From positions 124,001-188,000 of the forward strand of contig JAAOMT010000328.1 in NCBI GenBank assembly GCA_016748015.1: a stretch of 64,000 nt of DNA, written 5' to 3'. Positions 40,379 to 53,189 of the stretch are shown here, piece after piece; position 1 is the stretch's first letter; each line of letters starts with the position of its first letter. Origin of the DNA: Geosiphon pyriformis uo1. Lineage: Eukaryota; Fungi; Glomeromycota. The notes beneath the pieces are model-generated. The model made no database searches. It worked only from the letters and a program-made list of their open reading frames with translations, and was not told the origin of the DNA. Made by a program: the position numbers and the translations under genes.

Positions 40379-42666
40379 ACTTTTTGTCTCCTTAATTTCA
40401 TGACCATGACCAAAGCAAAGAATAAAAAAGCTGCATCTGATATCTGTTCTAAGATATCTAATAAAATTTCAACCAGAAAAGCTTTCTCTGTTGTAAAAGC
40501 AATTAGGCAAAACGTTTTAGAAGTCTTCTTCTTACCCAGTAATCATGATAAACTGTCTTTGGTAATCACTGAAGCAACTTTTTCATCTTTGGCTGGTTTC
40601 TCACCAGTCAAAGTTCCCTTAAAGAGACACACTTGGGTTAGTTCTAGTGTTGTCTCCACTCCAATCAAGAGCCTAAAAGTTTTTAATAATAGACCAATAA
40701 ATAAGCTGGTTTTCCTCTCTATAGATTCAACACTTGGTGCTGCTAGTACCACTTCTTCAAAAAAAATGGTCAAAAAGACCAAAAGTTCAGAAAAGTGGGA
40801 GCGTCACTTGCCTCTGCTATTGTTACACCAAACCCCTTTATGGTTCCCAATAAGATCTTAGATGAGATCTCCATAGCATCATTCAGCATGTCATCCAAGA
40901 TGGGCCAAGATCAACCATTGGCTGTGTTACCAAATGTGGTGTCTTCCAGCAGATCTTTGCCAGTTCTGGAAGCAAAACAATCTCCTCTTGTTGGGTTACC
41001 TGTTCTTGAGAACTGGGCTGATCAAATGGAAACTGAATCATCTTTTTCTTTAGTTTCTGGTGCTACTTCTGGTAATGCTTGGAAAACTATTGCTAGTTAT
41101 CAAAAGTTTGCTGGGTGGGTGGCCTCTACTCTGGTGCTTGGTGCTACTTTTAAAATCAAATTGGCTCATATTAAGGCTGTTTTTCAGTCTTTACATGGTT
41201 TTTTGGGTGCTAAGTCTGTTTCAAAAGACAATGTGAAGCTTTTTTGTGTGGAATTTGTTTCTCAAATCTCTTTAGATACTGCATTTTTAGTTGAGCTTAC
41301 AAGTTTTGTTTGTCTTGTCACTCTTAAGATTGTCAAGTCTTTGGTGTTTTCTGAGTCTGGATCCTTTTCTGCTGCTGTTGTACTGCGTAATGTGCCTTTG
41401 GATGTGTTTGCTGTTAACATTAAGACAGCTCTTAGTGTTTTTGGTATGGTTACTCGTGTTGTGCTAAAACCTGCTAGCATTTGGCAATATGTGGTGGTTT
41501 ATTTTGAGAAGTTGGATTTTGCCATGTCTGCTTTGAATTATTGGTCAGTATTGGTGAACAAGGATTGTGTTAGAATCTTTCTCTTGGTAAATCAAAATGA
41601 GACTATTTTGTCTTGTGATATGTTTAAGACCAAGTTGGTCAACTTTTCTCCTGGCTGTACTGTCTTTAAAATCAGTAATATGATTTTTCAGATTGGTGGC
41701 CAGTCTTGTTTCATTTCTCAGTCTTCTGATTCTGGTCATTGTCTCTGCTTTGTTCTAGTTATATTTGGCTTCCAAGCTGATTTGAACCTTGTTGTTGCCA
41801 ATACTAGTATGCTTAGAAAGTGCCGTATCTGATGGGAAACTCTTAATTGTTAGCGTTGTTTTCAGTATCAAGAAACAAGTCACTTGGCTGTAGATTGTAA
41901 AGTTACTTTATCTCCTTTTCTTAAGGCTCCCAAGATATTCAAACCACATTTTGTTGGTTTTTTGTCTTATGCTAAGGCATCTGCTTTCCCTGTTATGTCT
42001 GAATTTCCTTCTTTGGTGGCTTCTGTCCCTTCTGTGACTGTTGTTGATCTTGCTGTTTGGTCCAGATTGAATTCTTTGGAAAAGCAAATTTCAGATTTGG
42101 CTGCTTTGGTAAAGTCTATTGTTGAGCCAGTTGGCTTTTTGGTTGTCTTGGTATTTCGTTTCTTTGATGATAATACTGTTAAGACTGTTCAGTTAAAAAA
42201 AGATCTTCTTTTTATAAAATATGCTTCTAACAATTTTGCCAATCTTTTGATTGGTGTGTCTAAGGACATTGCTTGTCTTAGATCTGAAGTTGACTTTAGT
42301 GGTATGGATTATGATGATATGCAGGCTGCCAAACCTTCTCTTTTGAGTGAAGATACTGTTGAGCGTGTTATTGCTTTGTGGCAGATGTTGGGTGCTGAGA
42401 TTAGAAGTAGTGTTAAATCTACTAGATTATTTCTTAGTGAGTTTATTTTTGATTCTAAGAATTTGAATGGTGTTATTGAAAAAATTTGTGGGTTGGGATT
42501 ATTCTCACCTCTTATTGTTTCAGTATAGTGTGCCCTTGATTGGTTTGAGTAACTAGTCATATGTAAAAAGCGCATGATTAACATTTAGTTTAGATCATTT
42601 CTTTGGTATATAGTATTAAATTGTTTTTGGGCTACACTTGTTAAGCAAATAAAAAAAAAAAAAAAA
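40379..42666 (+). mobile_element. Non-autonomous ORF1-only LINE derivative ('half-LINE') copy 1
   Basis: 5' ACTTTTTGTCTCC, then one ORF1-like reading frame (40400-42528) whose TAG is followed directly by the LINE-type 3' UTR and poly(A). No ORF2 sequence is present. Confidence 0.85.
40400..42528 (+). pseudogene. Divergent ORF1-like protein (~700 codons; one frameshift near 40800, stops near 41830-41853)
   Basis: Ser/Thr/Lys-rich N-terminus, three RRM-like segments (VVLRNVP...WQYVVVYF...WSVLVNKD), CCHC remnant CFQYQETSHLAVDC at 41857-41898, coiled coil RLNSLEKQISDLAALVKSIV. Confidence 0.8.
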
Positions 42667-42679
42667 CAAAAAAAAAACA

Positions 42680-43070
42680 AACACTATTAATAACTATTCA
42701 GAAAAGTGACAAACCAAGAAATCATAAGAAAAAATTATTTAAAATTTGCAAAATTTTTATTCCAACAATATTAATAACAGTTGGAATTAATTAATAATTA
42801 TTTTTTAGTAAAATTAATCTTCAATTTTTATGTTAATAAAAAAATTATATATTTTCTAAAAGAACAAGCAGATTTTAAATCAGCAAAAAAAATTTTATTA
42901 CAAAATATTAATCAAAATTTATGAATTTTAAACAGTAATAATTATAAAAAAAGCTTGGTTTTCAAAATAGATTTTTATTTGATTAATTTATTGTAATTAT
43001 TAAATTATTTTAAACTAAAATATGTGATTATATATAATTTTTTTTAAATTTTATTAAGTTTTAATTTGTA
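42680..43070 (+). mobile_element. Probable eroded continuation (leader/gag start) of the family-2 LTR element interrupted by the half-LINE
   Basis: Lies directly after the half-LINE tail and shows a residual reading frame (KFAKFLFQQY...FNFYVNKKI). Not alignable to anything else in the window. Confidence 0.4.
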
Positions 43071-43213
43071 TAATTTTTTTTTATTTTTTTTTTTATTTTA
43101 ACAAGTGAGGTCCAAATGCGACCTAGTGTTATACATCATACAAATGATCTAAATTAGATGCGAATCATGCACTTTCTACACGTGACCAGCCACTCGGGCC
43201 AGTCAGGACTACA

Positions 43214-46200
43214 CTATACACCTATATGCACAGAAACTGGATCTCCAATACCTGAAAAAAATGGACAAAACTTACGAAACCCGAAACCAACCTCAAAAGC
43301 CTCAACCACCTTCAGCAACCTGACCACACCAGCCGAAAACACCATAGGCAAACCAGAAATCGAAGCAGAAGCGGAGCCATCACGCGGAATCAAATCGTGT
43401 TTTTTCATAAACACTTAGTGTTTGGCCCGGACCAATCAAACATCATTCCAAAACGCTAAACAAAACTCACGCACAAAGCTCACAATTCTCTTAGCACCCT
43501 CCTTAGAATTATTAAAGACTGAGACAGACTCACGAAACCATTCATCGAAAACAAAGCCCTTACACAGAGCAACACCAACTCCAACCTCAGAAACACAAGA
43601 AGCCAAGGCCTGTAAAACACATGAAAAAGAGTAAGAAAGACCAAAAAGAGCCTCCCAAGCAGAAGCATGTGTGCCCAACAAACGAACATGGCTGACGGCA
43701 TCCTGAGGACATGAAAAGACATGATCCGAGGTCTCAATGTCACCACAAAACAGACAGACCACACTGGGGTAACTCTTATCATATAAATGCTTGTGCACAG
43801 CAATAGGAAGCCGATAATAGAGAGCCTTCATAAAGTAAGTACAACAGCCTGCCGTGCGCATGCTGGTAAAACCGGATGCCAAGTAAGAATCAGGGTGCCA
43901 CACCATAGAAGACTTAGACCAATTGATATCAGCACACAAACTATCATCCACAACATGAGAACCCACTCCAATCTCCCAACAAGCTCAATGAACTGACCGG
44001 AAAACATCACAAACAAAGTGTCTAGAATTACCAGAAACTGCTGTACCACCAGCACATAGAAAATGTTCACTGACTAAATGAGGTAGGCGCCAAGCAGAGA
44101 GAGCAGCACCTTTGGCGAACACATCAGCACGCTCATTGCCTGAGACACCTGAATGACTTTTTACCTTAACCCAATTCACATCCAAATTTTTCCGATAAAT
44201 GACAGTGGCAATGTGATGACACTTGATCCAATAGCGGTTCCTGAAATTCAAACGAACCAGCGAAGACTCCGACCTACATGCATCCAAAGCAGCCTGGCTA
44301 TTCAAGAACAAGTCAATTGAACAAGAAAAAGGAACACACTCAAGGGCCAAAGCTATGGCTTGCAGTTCTGTCAGAGTAGAAAAAACCAAACCAGACACTC
44401 CAACACCCAAACCCAAGTTAATATCCTCAAAAAAACGGCAGCACCTGCTCTCATATCAACAGTGCCCAGACCAGAAAGAGATCCATCCATATACACAGAA
44501 AGGCGGACAGCATCAATGGTCGGCAAAGTGTCACGAATCACACCAAAATCATGAGAAAGACGAATATCAGACACAGCATAACTATCCACCAAAGAAGAAC
44601 TTGAGGAAAGAGGCACAACGCTACCAAGAAAGCAAACAGAAAGATCAAACCAGAAAGAGACTGGGCCACGAAAATCCAGCCTCTTTCAATGCTTGAAGGT
44701 CCCCCAACTGAAAACATTGCTATTACGGTCACGAAGCTGTTCCATGAAAGCAATTCCATAACGCCTGAGCAAAGAGATGCACTTGAAAAAACTGGATTCA
44801 CCAAGAACCAAAGACATAGGAGTACCACACCGATGATGAAAAGCACAAGCTAGAAGGCCTCCCAAAGACAAATCACACCCAGAAAAAATGCGAACCACAC
44901 CTGCCAAAAAATTATCCGAGGGACTGATACCAACATGAGCCGAAAACAGCAAAAGATGATGAGGATGCCAGCTAAGAACCTGGAGGTCATGAGACCTATG
45001 AGAAAACAAGCGCCCCAAGATACCAGTAGAATTTGCAAAAGCAACAACGGATGCCGATTTACTCTCAGCCTGGATCTGTTCGAAAGTTTTTAAATTGTAC
45101 AAAGAGGGGTAATGAAGTGCATCACTGGGGAAATCACGTGGCAATCCAGACTTGGACTTTAAGACCTTGTGTACCAAAGCATCCCATTTACTACAAACAC
45201 CAACAGAAACGAAACTGAACTGAGTTTTGTAGCTGATGATAGGGAAAAGAACTGCAGACACCAAATATGCACACTGTTTGTCCAAAATCACCTTTCTCAA
45301 AACAAGATTTACAAAAAACTGTATATCAGTCTGAGCTTTAGCCAAGCTAGATTTTGAAAAACCCTCAGAAGACAAAAAAATACCCAAATAGCGATGAGAT
45401 TCCCCTCTCTTGGCAATGGAAATAGGTGCACCACTGATAGTTAAATGAGGATCTAGCACCCGGCAATTGATAGGGATGGCCACTGTTTTGTCATTGTTCA
45501 CAGAAATATCATTAAACCTAAAAAACTCACTAGCAATATCAAGGATGTGTTGTGTAGCAGCCTGGCTGTTACCAACCCAAATAGTATCATCGACAAAAGC
45601 ACTGGCAGCAAAAAATGAAGACAGCCCAGCTTGAGGATTCACTTGGCCAGTTCTTGATATGAAATGAAAATTCAACCTGTAGCCATACACACTATCCTGT
45701 CTCTTGACCTCGCACAAAAGTGAATCATAAAAAATATGCCAGAGGAGAGGCAAGAAGACTTCCCCCTAATCCAGTCTATCATGGACACAATACCCATCAG
45801 TCAAGCCAAAGTCAATCATCACTCTGTTGACGCGACCATTGTAAATACTGCCAAAAAATTTAATAAACCTGTCACACATTTTGATCCTGACTAGACTCCT
45901 CCTAAAATGTTCCCAACCAATCAAGTCATAAGTCTTGCACATGTCTTGTAAAACCAGCCAAAGTTCACGGTTCTTCTCCAAGGCATCCTCAATCACAGAA
46001 CCAATAGCAAAAATGGGAGATTGCGTTGTCATACCCTTTAAAACCGAGAAATTGTCCCCACAAAGAACATCAAAAGTGCTGCAAGCCAGAGAGATCTTGT
46101 CTGAAAGGATCTTGAAGAGAATCTTGTGGGCCGTTTCAATTAAAGCTATAGGACGGATGTTTGTGAGAACTCCCTTCCATTCATATGGTTTAGGAATCAT

Positions 46201-47901
46201 CGAAACCCAAGCTTCTTTCCAAGGCCCAGGGACCAACTCACCAGCCAAACAGAAATTCAAGAGCACTAAAAGCATATCCAAAACAGATTTGTCACAATGT
46301 TTCCATAATTCGTTGGAGATACCAGAAAGACCAGCCACTTTTCCATCAGGAAGATTTTCAACAACAGCTGACAACTCATCAAAACTAATTGAACACATAA
46401 CATCAGAGAAAGCACCATCGTACACGTAATTCAGAGGCCAATATTGACGAGCCCAATCCTCAGACAAATCAGACACCACCTCACATTTTTTGGTCCATCT
46501 CTCCATAATTTCGTCCACCTTAGACTTAACTAAAACAGGCTCTAAAATCAACTCATCTTCCACAACCAAATGATCCAGAACCACCTTGTGAAAAGAACGC
46601 TCCAAAACACTCCTAATGGTATGACCCTTGTTCAGCTCAAAACTCTCCATCCTCTTACCAATAGCCTGCTTGATTGAAAATTTCTCAGCGCGCTTGGCTT
46701 CCACTAACTTGAAAGAGCAATATGATTTTCTTGCTTTGGCCAGCGCAAAACAAATAAGATCAAAATTAGAACTGGAAAGAAACAGAGACTTAACTACCGA
46801 TGCACCAGAGGAGTTGAGTCTGTGCCACACCTCCAACAAAGAAGCAAAACCATCACTAGAAGCCAATCGCGAAGCCTTGACCAACTTAGAAACCAGCAGC
46901 TCCAGCTTGTGAAACCTAGAAGAAGTCTTGGTAAACATGCCATCAAAACTTTTGAACCATTTTTTCTTAAATGAACTACTCGCTGAAAGAACCATAATCT
47001 TGCAAACAATGTCCCACATAGCATCCACATCTGAAAATCTTACTGCCACACCAAAAGCATCTGAGAACATAGATACATTAGCAGCTGAGGCATCCCTGAA
47101 CTCCAACCACTTAGCTCTATTGGCACTCTTAATGTCAAACTTCCAACGGTCTTTATTCACTTGTTTGCGAAGAGAATTCAAACGCGTATCTAAGAGCCCA
47201 CCTAAACCCAAATCTACTGAAACAGCTTGATGGTCCATGTCAAAATGCTCGCTGACATTCAAAACTTCATGATGCACTATCACATTGACAAGACTCGAGG
47301 AGACAAACACATAATCAATAGTTTTTTTAACACCCCTAGAATTTTCCCAAGTGGGCATTTTTGCAGCCATGCTATCAACTAAAGAATTGACCAGACCCAA
47401 ATCAAAGCATTTTTTGAAACTTGCACTCCTGTGAGAACTGTCTTCATTAAAATCGCCACCGAGAATAATGAAAGAAGATTTGTTGACAGCCTTCGCAATG
47501 AGAAAATTGACCTCACCAGCCTGAGAGAACCGAACCACCAAAGAAGCACCAGCATAAAGCCCCAAAATTGACACAAAAAGTTTGCCCTTGAAAAGTAATT
47601 TAATGGAAAGGAGCCGACCAGGCACCTCAAAAACCTTGAACACATGACGAGCCAAAGAAACGTCCATGATAACAGCAACATCTGCTTCCAAGTGACCGGA
47701 ATCCAAACCAGAAGAGAACACTCGGACACCATCAAACTTGTCTGCAATCCATGGATGAACCTTATTCTTCAATTTTGTTTCAGTAATGACAGAGACCAAA
47801 TTGTTCATTTCCTTATGCCACCTAATAATGTCCTCTTGCTTAACAGAATTGTTCATGCCCTTGATGTTGCACGTAGCAACTCTCCAGACTAAACTGCTCA
47901 T
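43214..47901 (-). pseudogene. LINE E ORF2 (APE-RT-RNase H-zinc finger), few stops and one frameshift
   Basis: A 711-aa open segment MSSLVWRVATCN...TETKL...LGGDFNE...IDY...DH...IRPIALIE...QDMCKTYD; then AFVDDTIW, VYMDGS, ELQAI, HSGVSGNERAD, CLFC...DHVFSC. Confidence 0.95.
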
Positions 47902-49691
47902 TGGGTGAGGGGTAAAGACACCAAAAGCACACCTATACTATCCACTTTGGCCGAAAGGCCCAGAACCGTCTCCATTAGACACTTTATGCTGTCTTTCAGC
48001 TTAGACACCAAAAACATATCAAAAGACACTGCTCTCGTGACATTCCCACCACTAGTGGACACACCCGAAACCTCACTCATCACTACATCTGCCCCTTGAT
48101 CCTGTGATGAAGGAGTCACTAACGGCTGACATCCAGGGCTAGACTGGGGAACTGTTGGCCTGAGTGCATCCAACTTCTTAGCCAACTTACTAACTTGCTC
48201 CGCGAGGTTGGCAAAACTGCGCTCAAGAGCGGCAAATCTATCGTCAACTTTCTTAGCAACCAGTTGGGACAGCTTCATCTCCGAAGAGAAGCCATTATTT
48301 ACCACAACGTTTTGACCAGAGAGGAGGGGCGAAAAACACCCGTGAGCAACCTTTGCCCAAGAAAGACCACCAAAAGAGACCAGATGGGCAATTGGAGCTG
48401 AGTGTTTGGCATAGATGGTTGCTAGCCTGCTTTTATCCACATCTGAGAAAACCCTACGCAGCAAACTACCAGAAAATAATTTCTCACCAACTGCACAACC
48501 CAAAGACGTGTGACCCAATTTTTCATACTTGGTGCATTTAGCAGAAATAAGGTTAACCCAGTGGAGACTGGTGTTCATGAGTACTGGTGTGGTTCCCACA
48601 ACAGCATCCAATGATTCAGCAGAGTCGAAACAAACAACAGCACACCTGGCCCGAGCATACGTAACAGAATAACAATCAATGACGTATGTTTTCCCACCCA
48701 CAGATTTAACAAAGTCCCAGATATCATGAGCGTTGGTCCCCATTGGCAATGTGTAGAGCAGTGCCCTATGTTGGTCCCTTATATCCCACACTTCCTTGTC
48801 TGAATCAGCCCTAGCTACACATACAGTATCTTTCCCGATTAAGACAGACCACTCAGCTGTAACCAAATCAGCCTGATCTGATTGTTTGAATTCCACTATT
48901 GCCTTCTGCCACAGCCCGATTAACTGCATCTTGATCACCTTAATAACTTCAAACTTGAATAGCACAGTGCACACAGCCTCAGCTGATGTTCCAATTGGAA
49001 TTTCTTTCACAACCACAGCCCGATCTGATCACCCAGATGATCTCTTAAGATCGGTGTTTATCATGATATTTGCACCAGTAGCCTTATCAGTGGCTTTCAT
49101 TAGACCCGATTTGGAAGTGAATGTCACTCTGATGATCCCTGAGAATTTTGAGGGGGTAGACGCCCCCCTAAAACTATTAATTCCAGAAAATAATTTTCTC
49201 ACCACCACAAGCTTTTCCTGAGAAGATTTGTCAGCCACTTTATCCAAGCCAATATCCAACACGAATGACTTCCTGACTGGAACATTGACCAAATTTTTCA
49301 TAGAAAGAGGGAGCTCAAGAGGAGCATCTGAGAGAACACCATCATTACTACCATCTTTTAAGAAATCAATCTTTCCCAACGGCTTGCCCAATGTCTTTTT
49401 GGTTCTAACCTTCGAACTCATGGGTGTCTGATCATAATCTCCACCAGCCAGAGCTCCATCTTTACCATAATCAAAGCTGGTTTTCTCCACCAGACACTCC
49501 TCTTCCATATCAACACTTTCAGACTCAGTAATGTCCCCAGTCTCTGAACCCCATGAACAAACACCAGAAACTCCAGCAGCAACCCTTCTATTATCAACAC
49601 CCTCTGCCAACACACCTCCCTTTCTCTTCTTCCTTAATGCAACCATCTTAAAACCACTCTCAGAACCAGAAACTTTAGCAGTTTTTTTCAT
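47898..49691 (-). pseudogene. LINE E ORF1 (~597 codons, one internal stop at ~49029)
   Basis: MKKTAKVSGSESGF..., RRM-like VVKEIPIG...WQKAIVEF, CTKYEKLGHTSLGC, coiled coil RFAALERSFANLAEQVSKLAKKLD. Confidence 0.92.
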
Positions 49692-50959
49692 AACAGCAAT
49701 AACAGAGCCAACAGTGGCCTCGTAATTGAAGAACGGTTTTGATTTATCATACTGAATGGTAAAAAACTTCTTTCAAAAAAACTTTTGACTCTTTTTTGGG
49801 AATTTTGGACGAAGGAGAGAAAGAAGTTTTTGTTAATTTATTGTCTAAATTTTTGTATATATAAAATAATCTATTTTATTTATATTTAAATTTTCTATTT
49901 TATTGTTTTTAACTCTAAATTTATTAATAATAATTAATGATTTTTTATTATATAATTTTTTTATTAAGCTTAAAAATATTTAATATAAATGGCTATAATT
50001 TGTTATTTTTTTTTAAAGTATTAAAAAAGTATAAACTTTTTATTAAAATTTTTTTTGAAAGTTTTTTTATAATTAATTGATAAGTTTTTATTAAAAAATT
50101 AATTGGTAATATTACTATTTTTTTATAAGTTAGATCAAAAAATATGTATTTAATTATATTTTATTTAGTTTTTTATATATTAATAATACTAATAAAATAA
50201 AAATATCTTATTTTTATTTAGTAATTTACAAAGTATTTTATTAAAATATTTTATAAATATATTTGTTTAAAAATAATATAACAAAGATAAAAAAAATTTA
50301 ATAATAAATTGTTTACAAATTTTTTGTATTAAATTGTTTATTAAACGTATTTTTTGATTAGATAAAAGTTTAATTAAATATTTATATTTACAAATAATGT
50401 CTTTATAAATAAAATTTATTATTAATTTTATATTTGCTTTTTAATTGCTTTGGTTTTAGACTATTTTATAAAATAATTTATTATAATTACAATATAACAG
50501 TTTTTTTTAATTATAATAGATAATAATTCAATTAAATTAATACTAATTCTGTCAAAAAATTGTTCAACTTTAATTGAATTTAAAAACTTTATAAGATAAA
50601 TTCCTTTTTTTAACAATTATTATAAGATTTAACATATCATTAAATTTTTTTTTATATATAAAGCCAAAAATAATGTTTTAATATTTTTTAAATAATACTA
50701 TTTTTTTTAAAATATATCAAAAAAAATCCGAATACATATTATATAAAATTGTTTTTTTTAATATTTTTAAATTAATTTGAGTAAATTGGTTAAATTTTTG
50801 CAATTTTAATAATAAATAATACTATTTTATTAATATTATAAATAATAATTTTTATTTGAAAATTAATTTGTTAATATTGTAAATATTTTTAAATAATTTT
50901 TAATATTATTGTAGTTTTTTAAATTTATTATTTACTATTAATTAATAAATAATTAATTT

Positions 50960-51002
50960 GGTTTGGGCTACACTCGTTAAATGTGTTAAATAAAAAAAAA
51001 AA
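50960..51002 (+). mobile_element. Very short 5'-truncated retrocopy of the half-LINE/LINE tail
   Basis: TTTGGGCTACACTCGTTAA...AAT(A)n matches the half-LINE 1 tail TTTGGGCTACACTTGTTAA at ~42626-42644. Confidence 0.6.
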
Positions 51003-51099
51003 TATTAATTTTGTTTTATTCTTAAAAAGTTATTAATATTTGAATAAAGTCTTTTTAATTTATAATGTATAATATATTTATAATTAATTAAAAATTCAA

Positions 51100-53180
51100 T
51101 TTAATAAAATTGTTTAAAATTAAGTTAAAAAGTTTTCTCTATTATAGAAGCTTTTTTCTTAGCTAATAATAATAAAAAGCTGCTTTTGGTATTTACTAAA
51201 GCATTTTCTTCATCTTTAACTGGTTTTTTATTAGTCAAAGTTCTTTTAAAGAAATATATTTGAATTAGTTTTAGTATTGTTTCCATCTTTTTTAAGAGCC
51301 CAAAAGTTTTTAATAACAGACCAATTAACAAACTGGTTTTCTTTACTATAGTTTTTATATTTGATGTTTTTAGTATTACTTCTTTAAAAATAATAGTCAA
51401 AAAGACCAAAGTTTCAAAAAAATAAGAGCAGCTGCTCACTTCTGTTATTGTTACACCGAATCTATTTGTTGTATTATTTAGTATATTATTTAAGATGAGC
51501 CAAGATCAATTACTGGCTGTACTGCTAAATATAATTTCTTTTAGCAGATTATTGCTAATTTTAGAAGCAAAACAATAATTTTTTGTTAAATTACCTGTTT
51601 TTAAAAACTGGGCTGATTAAATAGAAACTAATTTATCTTTTTTGTTAATTTTTGGTATTGCCATTAATAATGTTTGGAAAATTATTTCTAATTATCAAAG
51701 ATTTACTGAGTAAATAATCTCTACTCTAATGTTTAGTACTATTTTTAAGATTAAATTAGCTTATATTAAAATTGTTTTTTAATTAGTATATGATTTTTTG
51801 GGTGTAAAATTGGTATTAAAAAACAATATAAAGCTTTTTTATATGAAGTTTGCTTCTTAAAAGTCTTTAAAAACAGCTTTTTTGATTGAGCTTATAAGTT
51901 TTATTTATTTGACTATTCTTAAAATTGCCAAGTTTTTAGTGGTTTCTGAGACTAGTTCTCCTTTTGCTGCTGTTATACTGCATAATATGTCTTTGAATAT
52001 ATTTGTTACTAATATTAAAACAGCTCTTAATGTTTGATAAAATTGCTTGTATTGTGCTGAAGTTTGTTAATATTTGACAATATTTAGTTATTGAAAATAC
52101 TGGACTTTGTTGTGATTACTTTGAATTACTAATCAGTTTTAATGGGTTAAAATATGTTAGGATTCTTTTTTTGGTAAATTAAAATAAGACTATTATATCT
52201 TATAATAGATTTAAGACCAAGTTAATTAACTTTTTTTCTGGCTGTACTGTCTTTGAAATTAGTAATATGATCTTTCAAGTTGGTAATTAAACTTGTTTTA
52301 TTCTCTACTTTTCTGATTTTGGTTATTATTTCTAGTTTGTTCTGGTTATATTTGGTTTTCAAGTAGATTTAAATGTTGCTATAATCAAAACTGGTATGTT
52401 AAAAAAGTGTTATATTTGGTAAAAAACTTTTGGCTGTTAATATTGTTTTAAGTATTAAAAAATAAGTTATCTGACTATGAATTATAAGGTGTTTTTATCT
52501 TTCACTTTTAAGACTTCTAAAATATTTACATTCTGTTTTATAAACTTTAAATCTTATGCTAAAGCTTCTGTTTTTTTGAGCTCTCCTAAGTTTTTATCTT
52601 TAAAAATTCTTGTTTTTTCTTCTATTATTGTTGGTAACTCTTTGGTATTGTCTTAGTTGTTTTTTTTGGAATTTGATTTGACCAAACTTTCTGTATTAAT
52701 TAAGTTAATTATTAAGCTTATTGACTTTTTGAATACTGTATTTAAACAATTTATTAATAATAATTTGGTTTTAAACAGTATTTTTGGTTTTAAAATTAAT
52801 GAACTTATGATTTATCTGAATTTTTTTTAGCAAAGTTGTTAATAAGTTGGAGAAAAAAATGGTTTTTCTAAAAAAAAAATGCTGTATAGATAATGTTAAC
52901 ATGTTTGGTAATTCAGATTTTTCAGTTGGTATTAATAATGAAATATTTTTTAACTTAATATTCATTTGAACACATAAGTCTAATAGTATTAAAATTAATT
53001 TTTTAAAAACAGCTGAATGACTAGTTGGATTAATTTTTTATAATATTAAATTTTTTGATATAGTTTAAAGAATGTTGACTTTAGGTAAGTTTACTTTTAT
53101 TGTATTAATATAGTATAACCTAAACTGGCCCAAATAGTTAGTTATATATAAAAAATACATGAATTATATTTAACCTTAGA
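51100..53180 (+). mobile_element. Half-LINE copy 2 (eroded, different subfamily); ends approximate
   Basis: Colinear with 40470-42200 (e.g. agaccaattaacaaactggttttc, aagatgagccaagatcaa, ggctgtactgtctttgaaattagtaatatgat). ORF ends at a TAG (~53113) followed by a LINE 3' UTR remnant (taaactggcccaaatagttagtta...atacatgaat). Confidence 0.8.
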
Positions 53181-53189
53181 GTTCTTAAT

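Larger units (their letters stand above)
43075..49827 (-). mobile_element. LINE copy E, full-length, best preserved (most CpGs retained)
   Basis: Poly(T) and 3' UTR at 43075-43213, ORF2 at 47901-43214, ORF1 at 49691-47898, 5' terminus ACTTCTTTCTCTCC at 49827. Confidence 0.96.

Noticed and set aside
45585-45605. RT catalytic motif FVDD instead of YADD as a novelty
   Set aside because: It is consistent across copies, but F/YxDD variation is common among non-LTR RTs.
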